A stretch of DNA of 45,092 nt from Actinomycetota bacterium (GCA_009886115.1 VFJJ01000111.1:62001-107092); one strand, 5' to 3'. Counted from the stretch's first letter, positions 10,231 to 19,033 are shown. Notes: generated by a model from the letters alone, not told the origin. Numbers and translations: made by a program.

Positions 10231-11562
10231 ATGCCGCGGCTTCCAACACCTCCCAGTACCCCGCCCGCCCGTGTGCCGGGGACGGCGATGTCGGCGTTGT
10301 CGCATCGCGACTACCGGCTGATGTTCACGGGCCTGTTCGTGTCGAACATCGGCAACTGGATGCAGACGGTGCTCCTCGGGGCCTACGCGTACGAGATCTC
10401 GGGCTCGGCCTCGTTCGTGGGCGTCTTGACCTTCGCCCAGCTGGGCCCGCAGCTCTTCCTGTCGACGGTCGGAGGCCTGTTCGCCGACACGCTCGACCGT
10501 CGTCGGCTGCTGGTGAGCGCGCAGGTCGCCCAACTCGGCTCGTCGATCGTCCTGGCCGTGCTCGTCGCCGGAGACGTTCCCCCGCGCTGGACCATTGCCG
10601 CGTGCGCGTCGATCGTCGGCATCACCAACGGGCTCGGCGCCCCGGCGTCGAGTGCCGCCCAGTTCACGTTGGTGCCCAAGGCCGACATCCCCGGCGCCGT
10701 CTCTCTCGTGAACATCCAGATGAACCTCTCACGGGTGATCGGCCCGGCGATCGGCGCCGTGCTGTACACCCACCTCGGCCCGGCGAGCGTGTTCGCCGTC
10801 AACGCTGCGACCTACGCCTTCATCCTCTGGCCCCTGCTCACCGTCGGATACGCGCGTCGGTCGGGCGCGGTGATCCACGAGCGCGGCATCGAACGGCTCT
10901 GGTCGGGCTTTCGCATCGTCGGCGCCGATCCCGTCCTGCACCGGACGATCGTCGTCCTGAGCATCTTCTCGCTCACCAGCCTGGCCTTCCTCGGTCTCAT
11001 GCCGACGCTGGCGCACGACAACCTCGATCTCCGACCCAAGTCGGTCGAGTACGGGTTGCTCGTGGCGGTCTTCGGCGTCGGGGCCGCACTCGGCGCGACG
11101 GCCGTCGGCTCCTGGCTGGCCGGCCATTCCAAGTCACGACTGGTGGTCGCCGGGCTCCCGGCGTTCGCGGTGATGCTGACCGCATTCGCGCTCGTCCGCG
11201 ATCTCCTGTTGGCCTACCCGATCGTCTTCGGGCTCGGCGTTGCCTACTTCGTCGTGATCACGGCGATCTCGCAGATCTTCCAGTCGCGCCTCGACGACAC
11301 CACGCGCGGCCGGGTGATGGCCGTGTGGATGATGTCGTTCGGGGGGATGGTGCCGGTGGGAACCCTGGTCGGTGGCGTCGTCGCCGACCACACCTCGGTG
11401 ACCGCCGTCGTGCTCTTCGGTGCGGCGGTCGCGGCGTGCTTGACGGGCTATGTCCGGTTCGACGGCCCGTCGAGCATTCCCTCGCTGCCGCTCGCCCGCG
11501 CGGCCGAGAGGTCGCCGGCGGTCAGCGCCAGCAATGCCTCGAGCTCGGAGCGCCCCGGGTAG
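10231..11562 (+). CDS. MFS transporter (DHA3/MFS_3-like)
   Basis: ALSHRDYRLMFTGLFVSNIGNWMQ, GGLFADTLDRRRLL, NLSRVIGPAIG and RGRVMAVW, with about 12 hydrophobic segments. TAGCCT -10 at 10217-10222. Confidence 0.9.
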   Translation: MPRLPTPPSTPPARVPGTAMSALSHRDYRLMFTGLFVSNIGNWMQTVLLGAYAYEISGSASFVGVLTFAQLGPQLFLSTVGGLFADTLDRRRLLVSAQVAQLGSSIVLAVLVAGDVPPRWTIAACASIVGITNGLGAPASSAAQFTLVPKADIPGAVSLVNIQMNLSRVIGPAIGAVLYTHLGPASVFAVNAATYAFILWPLLTVGYARRSGAVIHERGIERLWSGFRIVGADPVLHRTIVVLSIFSLTSLAFLGLMPTLAHDNLDLRPKSVEYGLLVAVFGVGAALGATAVGSWLAGHSKSRLVVAGLPAFAVMLTAFALVRDLLLAYPIVFGLGVAYFVVITAISQIFQSRLDDTTRGRVMAVWMMSFGGMVPVGTLVGGVVADHTSVTAVVLFGAAVAACLTGYVRFDGPSSIPSLPLARAAERSPAVSASNASSSERPG

Positions 11563-11873
11563 TAGAGATCGACGGGCTCGCCGGCGAACTCGGCCAGCGC
11601 GGCCAAGGCATCGCTGATCGGCGCCGCGAGATGCGCGACCGCTCCGAAGTCCTCCAGCAGTGCCGCCGCGGCCTCACGCACGCGCGGATCACGGATGTCG
11701 GCGAGGCAGGCGCGGCCGATCCCGTCGACGACGAGCACCGGCTCGCTGCACCTCGTGTCGTTCTCCCCTGAGACGCGCCGACCCCGGCCAGGGCGCTCGC
11801 CATCGCTCGGGGGATTCGCTCGAGCGGGGACGCCGTCGTGACCGGCCCCGTTCAAGTCGATGTGCTCCGTCAT
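11448..11873 (-). CDS. Hypothetical protein
   Basis: Fills the gap between the MFS gene and ppk2. Start taken as ATG 11873 (MTEHIDL). Helical Ala/Leu-rich C-half. Overlaps the MFS 3' end by 115 bp. Confidence 0.45.
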   Translation of the reverse strand: MTEHIDLNGAGHDGVPARANPPSDGERPGRGRRVSGENDTRCSEPVLVVDGIGRACLADIRDPRVREAAAALLEDFGAVAHLAAPISDALAALAEFAGEPVDLYYPGRSELEALLALTAGDLSAARASGSEGMLDGPSNRT

Positions 11874-11951
11874 GGGCACAGCATCGGACCGGCTCGCCGC
11901 CCGCTTGAACCGCCGCACCGAGGATGAGGCCTTCGGGCGGGTTCGGCACCC

Positions 11952-13454
11952 TCACGGAATCACGAGAGCCCCGTTGGCCAACTCCACAGGCGGCGGAGGG
12001 AGCTGCGGATCGAGCTTCCGCACGGCCTCGACGAGCAACTCGGCAACGGCAAGGTTGCGCATCCAGTTCCGATCAGCCGGCACGACGTGCCAGGGCGCGA
12101 GCACGGTCGAGGTTTCGGTGATGGCGCGGTCGTAGCCAGCCATGAACGCCTCGAAGATCTTCCGATCGTCGAGGTCGCCCATCCGAAACTTCCAGGCCTT
12201 GTGGGGATCGGTCATGCGTTCATGGAAACGCTTGCCCTGCTCGTCCTTCGAGACGTGGAGGAACACCTTGAGGATGGTCGTCCCCTCGGCGCTGAGCGCT
12301 CGCTCGAACTCGTTGATGGCACGGACGCGGGCCTTCCACCAACTGCGATCGCGCCGTCCGCCGATCTCCTTCACGTACACGGTGACCAGGTCTTCGTAGT
12401 GGGATCGGTTGAAGATCCCGATCTCGCCCCGGGCGGGGCAGGCTGCATGAACGCGCCAGAGGAAGTCGTGTGCCAGCTCCGTCGTCGTTGGCACCTTGAA
12501 GCTCGTCACCTGCGTGCCCTGGGGGTTGACACCGGTGAAGACCGACCGGATCGTGCCGTCCTTCCCCGAGGCGTCGAGACCCTGCAACACCAGCAGCACC
12601 GAGCGTGAACTCTCGGCCCAGAGCCGGTTCTGGAGGTCTGACAGCTCGACGATGCGCTCCGCGAGTCGGGCCGCACCTGCCTCCTTGTCACCCACGCCGA
12701 GCTTGGCCGCCGGATCCCGTTCGAGGAGCCGGCTCGGGGTTCCCGGCTTCACCTGGACATCGTCGACGATGGCGCTCATGTCGTGTCTCCTGGTCAGGGC
12801 CGCATCGTCGACGAACGCCTCGATCTCGGCAACGGTCTGGGACAGCTCGTCGGTGAGCGGACCCGGGAACCGGTCGCCGAAGATCTCGACGAGCGACCGG
12901 TAGTACCAACGCAGTTCATCGGGACCGGCGTTGAAGCGACTGAACGCCGTCATCCCGGCCGCCCGGACGTCGACGAGGATGGCCCGAGCGTTGTGCACCT
13001 TGTCGGAGGCCGACACGAGCAGCACGTCGGGCGAAGCCTCGCCGAGATGGGCGATGTAGCGCTCCTTGCGGGCCCGCCACGTGGCGGCGCCCCGCTCGGC
13101 GGTGTCGGTCAGGGTGTCGGTGCAGGCCCCGACGATCATCGCCACCCGCTCGCCGTAGCGTGCCGCGAGGTCGTCGAGGGCAAGGTCTTGATCCTCGACG
13201 GCATCGTGGAAGAGCGCAGCGATCGCCTGGTCCTCGTCGCCGCCGTGCTCGAGGACGAGCGCCGTGACGGCGAGCAGATGACTCACGTAGGGCGTATCCG
13301 AGCCCTTGCGTCGCTGGTGTTGGTGGACGAGGGCGGCCTCGGCCAACGCCTCGCGAAATCGTGGCCCGAGGGCCGTCCCGGCCGCGTCGGTCGTGTCGGC
13401 CCGGATGGTCGTGTCGGGCCGGATGGTCGTGTCGGCCGCGTCGGTCGCGCTCAT
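11952..13454 (-). CDS. ppk2: Fusion of RelA/SpoT-type HD hydrolase (small alarmone hydrolase-like) and class III polyphosphate kinase 2
   Basis: N-half: HQHQRRKGSDTPYVSHLLAV, AALFHDAVED, CTD, RKERY, SDKVHNAR. C-half from Met 12779: LQGLDASGKDGTI (Walker A), HDFLWR, FNRSHYED, KVFLHVSKDEQ, WKF, PWHVVPAD. No in-frame stop between the halves. Confidence 0.88.
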   Translation of the reverse strand: MSATDAADTTIRPDTTIRADTTDAAGTALGPRFREALAEAALVHQHQRRKGSDTPYVSHLLAVTALVLEHGGDEDQAIAALFHDAVEDQDLALDDLAARYGERVAMIVGACTDTLTDTAERGAATWRARKERYIAHLGEASPDVLLVSASDKVHNARAILVDVRAAGMTAFSRFNAGPDELRWYYRSLVEIFGDRFPGPLTDELSQTVAEIEAFVDDAALTRRHDMSAIVDDVQVKPGTPSRLLERDPAAKLGVGDKEAGAARLAERIVELSDLQNRLWAESSRSVLLVLQGLDASGKDGTIRSVFTGVNPQGTQVTSFKVPTTTELAHDFLWRVHAACPARGEIGIFNRSHYEDLVTVYVKEIGGRRDRSWWKARVRAINEFERALSAEGTTILKVFLHVSKDEQGKRFHERMTDPHKAWKFRMGDLDDRKIFEAFMAGYDRAITETSTVLAPWHVVPADRNWMRNLAVAELLVEAVRKLDPQLPPPPVELANGALVIP

Positions 13455-13482
13455 GGGAACGGTCCCGAGCATCCTCGCAGGG

Positions 13483-15441
13483 TCACGCGCTCACCTCGTC
13501 GACGGTCGCGGCTGCGACCGTGCCCGCGGCCCGGAGGAAGGCCTCCACCTCGTGGCGATGCCGGGTGCGGCGCATCGGGGGGAGCGACCGGACGAGCGTC
13601 CAATTGTATCGGGCCTTGGCCAAGCGGCGATCGAACACGGCCACGACCCCGCGATCGTCGCGGGTGCGCACCAGGCGCCCGGCGCCCTGGGCGAGCAGCA
13701 TCGCCGCCCGGGGCAGGTCGATGGCCCGGAACGAATCGAGACCTGCGGCCGCCGCCACCGCCCGCCGGGCGACGTACAGGGGCTCGTCGGGGCGTGGGAA
13801 CGGGAGCCGGTCGATCGTGACCAACGAGCAGGTCCGTCCGGGAACGTCGATCCCCTGCCAGAACCCCATGGTGGCGAACAGGCACGACTGCTCGTCGGCC
13901 ATGAACTCCTCGACGAGCTTGGGCCGGGGCATCGCATCCTGTACGAGCACCTTGAACGGCAGGCGTTTCGCCAGCCGTTCCGACGCCTCCTCGAACGCCC
14001 GCCGGCTCGTGAACAGAGCAAGGGTACGACCGCCCGCGGCCAGGATCAGCGCTTCGAGCTCGTCGAGCATCTGTTGGGAATACTGGGGATCACGGGGATC
14101 GGGGAGGTGGACGGGGCAGTACAGCAGGGCCTGGTTCGCGTAGTCGAAGGGGCTCGGCACGGCCAGCCCGTCGTACTCGTCGGCGCCGAGGCCCAATCGG
14201 CGGGCCGCGACGTCGAACTCGCCGCCGACGGCGAGCGTGGCGCTGGTGGCGATCACCGTCTTGTCGGCGAAGAGGGTCGCGGCGAGCCTCGGGCCCACGT
14301 CGACGGGGGCGATCCGCAACGTCGGGGAACCGCCGCGACCGCCGCCCTCGATCCAGGCCACGCTGGCCGGGCCCGACTCGAGCACCTCTTGGAGGTCGCT
14401 GCGGAGCGCATCGAGGAGGGAGGCGAGGCGCAGCCGTGAAGCCTCGGTCTCACCCTGGGCCGAGATCCGTCGGGTCATGGCCCCGATCTCGGCCAGCGCC
14501 TCGTTGGCCTGGACGAGGAAGCTCCCGAGCGGGTCGGCAGCGGGGTCGATGCGCTGGCCCGACGAGCCGCCGGCATCACCCAGGATGCGCTCGAGGTGGT
14601 AGCCGAGCCGGCTCAGCGCATCGACGACCTGCGAGTCACGGGTGAAGACGCCGCGAGCCGCTCGGGCCAGGTTCTCGAAACGGGTGGCGGCCAACTCGAG
14701 CCCGAAGGTGGCCGCGATGGCGTCCTCGACGGTGTGGGCCTCGTCGAGCACGACGAGATCGTGCTCGGGGAGCACGAAGCCACCACTGGCCAGGTGCACG
14801 CCGTACAGGTGGGTGTTGACCACGAGGATGTCGGCGGCATGCGCCCGGTCGCGGGCCATCTCGGCGAAGCAGCGCGGCCCCTGGGCGCACTTGGCGGCTC
14901 CGGGGCACTCGCGGGCGTCGACACTCACCGCCTGCCACACCCAGCCCGGAGCCACCGTCGACATGTCGGCGCGGTCGCCCGTGGGCGTGGTCTGGGCCCA
15001 GGCCCTGATGTCGCGCACGCCCTGATTGTCGGGATCGACGCCCACGAACTGCTGCTGGGCCGGATCGTCGAGCGCGGCCACCTTGGCCAGGCACAGATAG
15101 TTGCTGCGGCCCTTGAGCAAGGCGTACGAGAACTCGACGTCGAGATGACGCTTGAGGAAGGGCAGATCCTTGTGGACGAGCTGCTCCTGCAGCGCCAAGG
15201 TGGCCGTCACGACGATCGTCCGCTGCCCACTGAGAATCGCCGGGACCAGGTACGCCAACGACTTCCCGGTGCCGGTGCCGGCCTCGACCAGGAGGTGCCG
15301 GCCACTCACGATGGCCCCGGCGACGGCTTCGGCCATCGTGCGTTGCCCGGGCCGGACCTCGCCTCCGCCGGGCAGCGCCGCGACGACCCGATCGAGCGCC
15401 GCGTGCAGCGCTGCTTCGTCGACGTTGCGTTCCCCGTCCAT
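13483..15441 (-). CDS. dinG: ATP-dependent DNA helicase, DinG/YoaA family (Fe-S)
   Basis: Q motif RPGQ, EAGTGTGKSLAYL, KGRSNYLC, CPGAAKCAQGPRC, LDEAH, TSATL, SPFDY, FWQGIDVPG and QGAGRLVR. Start set to ATG 15441, with TATGGT -10 just upstream. Confidence 0.92.
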   Translation of the reverse strand: MDGERNVDEAALHAALDRVVAALPGGGEVRPGQRTMAEAVAGAIVSGRHLLVEAGTGTGKSLAYLVPAILSGQRTIVVTATLALQEQLVHKDLPFLKRHLDVEFSYALLKGRSNYLCLAKVAALDDPAQQQFVGVDPDNQGVRDIRAWAQTTPTGDRADMSTVAPGWVWQAVSVDARECPGAAKCAQGPRCFAEMARDRAHAADILVVNTHLYGVHLASGGFVLPEHDLVVLDEAHTVEDAIAATFGLELAATRFENLARAARGVFTRDSQVVDALSRLGYHLERILGDAGGSSGQRIDPAADPLGSFLVQANEALAEIGAMTRRISAQGETEASRLRLASLLDALRSDLQEVLESGPASVAWIEGGGRGGSPTLRIAPVDVGPRLAATLFADKTVIATSATLAVGGEFDVAARRLGLGADEYDGLAVPSPFDYANQALLYCPVHLPDPRDPQYSQQMLDELEALILAAGGRTLALFTSRRAFEEASERLAKRLPFKVLVQDAMPRPKLVEEFMADEQSCLFATMGFWQGIDVPGRTCSLVTIDRLPFPRPDEPLYVARRAVAAAAGLDSFRAIDLPRAAMLLAQGAGRLVRTRDDRGVVAVFDRRLAKARYNWTLVRSLPPMRRTRHRHEVEAFLRAAGTVAAATVDEVSA

Positions 15442-15563
15442 GCTCCGGGCACCATACCGGGCGCCTGTGGCGGTCCATCGACGGGCCCCTCGAGCTCCGC
15501 CGACCCACCGCGACGGTCGACGGTCCCTCGGGGATGTCACAGGGGCGTTGTACCGTGCGCCCG

Positions 15564-16139
15564 ATGTTGCACCGAGCCGAGAACGCCGAGCTGACCCGGA
15601 CCGGATGGCTTCCCCGCCGAACCTGGTTCTGGCCCGGGGCCGGACGCCCGTTCGAGCTCCGCCTGAGCGGCCGGGCCTACCGGCGTCTCGGCACCACCCA
15701 GCACGACGATCCGGTGGCGCTCGTCTGCCTCGGGGAGCGCACCTACTGGATCTTTCGCGACCGCTTCTGGTGGGAGCGCGACGATCTCGCGGTCGACGAG
15801 GTGCGCGCGCTGGTGCTCGACCGTGAGCGCCGCCTCACCCGGCGCATCCAACGGGCCAAGGTCGTCACGGGAGTGTCGGTCGCTGGCGGTGCTGCTGGTC
15901 CCGGGTCACCGGTCGAGCGGGGCTTCACAGCCGCCGAGACCCGGCGGGGGACGATTCCCGACGACGTCAAGTCCTTCGTCTGGCAGCGCGACGGCGGGCG
16001 GTGCACCGGCTGCGCAGCCACCGCCGACCTCGAGTTCGACCACGTGATCCCCCTCGTGCTCGGGGGCGCCAACACGGCCCGGAACCTGCAACTGCTCTGC
16101 GAGACCTGCAACCGGGCCAAGGGCGGCAACCTGGCCTGA
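15564..16139 (+). CDS. HNH endonuclease (C-terminal HNH with Zn-binding CxxC pairs)
   Basis: VWQRDGGRCTGC...LEFDHVIPLVLGGANTARNLQLLCETCNRAKG. TACCGT -10 sits 7 nt before ATG 15564 (leaderless). Confidence 0.88.
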   Translation: MLHRAENAELTRTGWLPRRTWFWPGAGRPFELRLSGRAYRRLGTTQHDDPVALVCLGERTYWIFRDRFWWERDDLAVDEVRALVLDRERRLTRRIQRAKVVTGVSVAGGAAGPGSPVERGFTAAETRRGTIPDDVKSFVWQRDGGRCTGCAATADLEFDHVIPLVLGGANTARNLQLLCETCNRAKGGNLA

Positions 16140-16251
16140 CCCGACACGCCGACGGGGACCCGATACCAGCGAGCAACCAGGCTCTACAGTCGCGCAGGAA
16201 ATGCCCGGATGCGAGAGGGATCGTCCGGGCGTCGGACCCTACGGAGGAACC

Positions 16252-17097
16252 ATGCACCGACCCACCCTGCTCCGGGCCCTCGGGCTTGGCATCGCCCTGG
16301 CGCTCGTCGCCGCCGCCTGCGGTGACGACGACGACGCCACATCGACGAGCACGGTCGCCGCGGCGGGCGACGGTCTGCCTGACCTCGCCGGCCGGGAGGT
16401 GACCATCGCCGTCGAGAACGCGTACATCCCGTTCAACTACATCGACCCGGCGACCGGAGAGGAGGCCGGGTGGGACTACGAGGCCTGGGACGAGATCTGC
16501 CGGCTTCTCAACTGCGTGCCCAAGTACATCGAGCAGGCCTTCGACACCATGATCCAGGCCGTGGCCGACGGGCAATACGACGCGGCCGCCGACGGGATCA
16601 CGATCACCGAAGAACGGGCGCAGTCGGTCGACTTCTCCGAGGGCTACATCCAGATCCAGCAGCGCATCCTCGTGGCCGCCGACAACACCGAGATCACCGG
16701 GGCCGACTCGATCACCGCCAACACCGACCTGAAGGTCGGCACCCAGATCGGCACCACGAACTACGACACGGCGGTCGGACTCTGGGGCGCGGACCGGGTC
16801 GAGGGATTCGACCAGTTCCCCTTCGCCATCCAGGGTGTGATCGACGGGACGATCGACGCCGTAATCATCGACGAGACCGCCGGCTTGGGATACGTGGGCA
16901 CCAAGGCCGAAGACGTGAAGCTCGTCGGCGACGGGCTCTCGAGCGATGCGCTGGGGTTCATCTACCCCAAGGGCTCGGACCTCGTCGCTCCCGTCAACGC
17001 GGCCCTCGCCGAGATGGCGGCCAGCGGCTTCCTCGACGCGATCGCCGCGAAGTACTTCACCGACGAGTTCAAGAACACCTGCGCCGAGTGCGGTTGA
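16252..17097 (+). CDS. Polar amino-acid ABC transporter substrate-binding lipoprotein (SBP_bac_3)
   Basis: Lipobox VAAAC, ENAYIPFNY, GWDYE, GITITEERAQSVDFS, GTQIGTT. GGAGG SD. Confidence 0.92.
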   Translation: MHRPTLLRALGLGIALALVAAACGDDDDATSTSTVAAAGDGLPDLAGREVTIAVENAYIPFNYIDPATGEEAGWDYEAWDEICRLLNCVPKYIEQAFDTMIQAVADGQYDAAADGITITEERAQSVDFSEGYIQIQQRILVAADNTEITGADSITANTDLKVGTQIGTTNYDTAVGLWGADRVEGFDQFPFAIQGVIDGTIDAVIIDETAGLGYVGTKAEDVKLVGDGLSSDALGFIYPKGSDLVAPVNAALAEMAASGFLDAIAAKYFTDEFKNTCAECG

Positions 17098-17171
17098 TCT
17101 CCACGAAGGTGATCTGACGTTCCCGTGGTGCGCCGGACCGTCCGGCGCACCACGCATCTCCGGGGAGAAAC

Positions 17172-18053
17172 ATGCCTGGCAGCAGCGGCCGAGGCGAGCT
17201 CCACCCCCGCTCGGGCGAGAACGACATGGCGCTCGATGCCGAGCGCCAGCGGGCGTTGATCGCGCAACGCCACGGAGGGACGACCCGCAGGCCCTGGGCG
17301 ATCGTCGATCGCGACGGCTTCCCGTACTGGCTCGTCGCGCTCGCGGTGTTCCTCGCGTGGATGGGCTACCGGATCGCGACCAACGATCGTTACAACGAGG
17401 GCGCGGCCTTCATCGACGACGGGCTCATCACCACCGTGCGCATCACCGTCTTCAGCTTCCTGCTCGCGCTCGGCCTGGGCCTGGTAGCGGGTCTCGGCCG
17501 CATCGCCCGCAACCCGATCGTACGGAACGTCGCGCGCACCTACATCGAGTTCGTCCGCGGCATCCCGATCTTGGTGATGATCTTCGTGGTGGCGTTCATC
17601 GTCTTCACCTCGGTCAACGGCTGGCTCGACCGGCCGAACCGCTCCTCGTCCGAGATCAAGTTCATCGTGGCCATCGGGATCTTCTACGGCGCCTACCTCG
17701 CCGAGGTGTTCCGCGGGGGGATCGAGTCGATCCCCCCGGGACAGACCGAGGCCGGCCGGTCGCTCGGTCTCTCGCAGCGCCAGACCATGCGCACCATCGT
17801 GCTCCCCCAGGCACTGCGCAACATGTTGCCAGCCATCGGCAACGACCTCATCGCCTGCTTCAAGGACTCGTCGCTCGGCACGTTGCTTGCGGTCGGCGAG
17901 ATCACCCACAAGACCAAGCTCTATGGCGGGACGAACTTCGACTACCGAGCGGCGTACTTCGTCCTGGCGTTCATGTACCTGTCGATCACCCTCGTGTTGT
18001 CTCTGCTCGTCTCGTGGTACTCCGATCGCCTGTCTGCAGGACGCGCTCGATGA
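17172..18053 (+). CDS. Amino-acid ABC transporter permease (HisM/GlnP-like)
   Basis: YIEFVRGIP, AYLAEVFRGGIESIPPGQTEAGRSLGLS (EAA loop), LPQALR, KDSSL. GGGGAG SD; alternative start at 17226. Confidence 0.92.
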   Translation: MPGSSGRGELHPRSGENDMALDAERQRALIAQRHGGTTRRPWAIVDRDGFPYWLVALAVFLAWMGYRIATNDRYNEGAAFIDDGLITTVRITVFSFLLALGLGLVAGLGRIARNPIVRNVARTYIEFVRGIPILVMIFVVAFIVFTSVNGWLDRPNRSSSEIKFIVAIGIFYGAYLAEVFRGGIESIPPGQTEAGRSLGLSQRQTMRTIVLPQALRNMLPAIGNDLIACFKDSSLGTLLAVGEITHKTKLYGGTNFDYRAAYFVLAFMYLSITLVLSLLVSWYSDRLSAGRAR

Positions 18054-18820
18054 ACGAACTGAACGACCCCGCGACCCGGTCGGTCCCGCCCATGGTCGAG
18101 GTGCGCGGACTCCACATGCACTTCGGCAGCACCTATGCGTTACGGGGCGTCGACCTCGAGGTGGCCCAGGGAGAGGTGGTGGTGGTCATCGGGCCGTCGG
18201 GCTCGGGGAAGTCGACGGTGTTGCGTTGCATCAACCTCCTCGAGACCCCGACCGCCGGGACGGTGCACGTCGACGGGGTCCAGGTGAACCACAAGAAAGC
18301 CGACCTCAACGCCATCCGCGCCGAGGTGGGCATGGTGTTCCAGCAATTCAACCTGTTCCCGCACCTGAGCGCGGTCGAGAACGTCGGTCTCGCCCTGCGC
18401 CATGTGAAGAAGCTGTCGAAGCGCGAGACCGCCGCGATCGCGCTGGCCCAGCTCGAGATCGTGGGCATCCCCGAGAAGGCCGACGCCTACCCACGGGAGC
18501 TCTCGGGCGGCCAACAGCAACGGGTGGCGATCGCCCGGGCTCTGGCCATGAGCCCCAAGGTGATGCTGTTCGATGAGCCCACCTCGGCCCTCGATCCCGA
18601 GATGATCAAGGAGGTGCTCGACGTGATGCTGGCGCTCGCCGCCGACGGAATGACGATGGTGTGCGTCACCCACGAGATGGGCTTCGCTCGGGGCGCCGCC
18701 AACCGCATGGTGTTCATGGACGACGGCCTCGTCGTCGAGCAGGGCCAACCTCGTGAGCTCTTCGAGCACGCTGTCGAGGAGCGCACCCGTCAGTTCTTCA
18801 GCCAGATCCTCAAGCACTGA
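18050..18820 (+). CDS. Amino-acid ABC transporter ATP-binding protein (GlnQ-like)
   Basis: GPSGSGKST, VFQQFNLFPH, LSGGQQQRVAIARAL, FDEPTSALDPE, VTHEMGFA. ATGA overlap with the permease stop. Confidence 0.94.
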   Translation: MNELNDPATRSVPPMVEVRGLHMHFGSTYALRGVDLEVAQGEVVVVIGPSGSGKSTVLRCINLLETPTAGTVHVDGVQVNHKKADLNAIRAEVGMVFQQFNLFPHLSAVENVGLALRHVKKLSKRETAAIALAQLEIVGIPEKADAYPRELSGGQQQRVAIARALAMSPKVMLFDEPTSALDPEMIKEVLDVMLALAADGMTMVCVTHEMGFARGAANRMVFMDDGLVVEQGQPRELFEHAVEERTRQFFSQILKH

Positions 18821-18897
18821 CGCCCTCGACCTGGGGATCCGACGGGACCCGACGCTGAGACAACGACCAATGGGTCGGGCGTCGCGGACAACACAAC

Positions 18898-19015
18898 GGC
18901 CCGCCGTTTCGGAGGGGGGATCCGAAGCGACGGGCCATTGGCGGCCACACCGGGACCGGGGGAGATCCCGGGGCACGAGTCGCCGGCGAGCCTGACGGAG
19001 GGGGGATCCTCAAGC
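18898..19015 (-). ncRNA. 6C-type small RNA (three stem-loops with oligo-C loops)
   Basis: Minus-strand hairpins: CTTGAGGA-TCCCCCC-TCCGTCAGG (19014-18991), CCGGGATC-TCCCCC-GGTCCCGG (18971-18950) and GGCCCGTCGCTTCGG-ATCCCCCCT-CCGAAACGGCGGGCC (18936-18898). The architecture matches the actinobacterial 6C RNA. Confidence 0.72.
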
Positions 19016-19033
19016 GCACCGGACGATCACTGA

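Noticed and set aside
13483..16139. DinG plus HNH as a type IV CRISPR or other defence module
   Set aside because: No cas genes or array. DinG looks like the ordinary Fe-S DinG/YoaA type, and the two genes are divergent and unfused.
16946..18049. N-terminal extension making a 624-aa ABC ATPase (similar extensions on sdhB, the hydrolase, SCP2 and MFS ORFs)
   Set aside because: The extensions overlap upstream genes in other frames or are low complexity. The real starts have ATGA/GTGA coupling or an SD.
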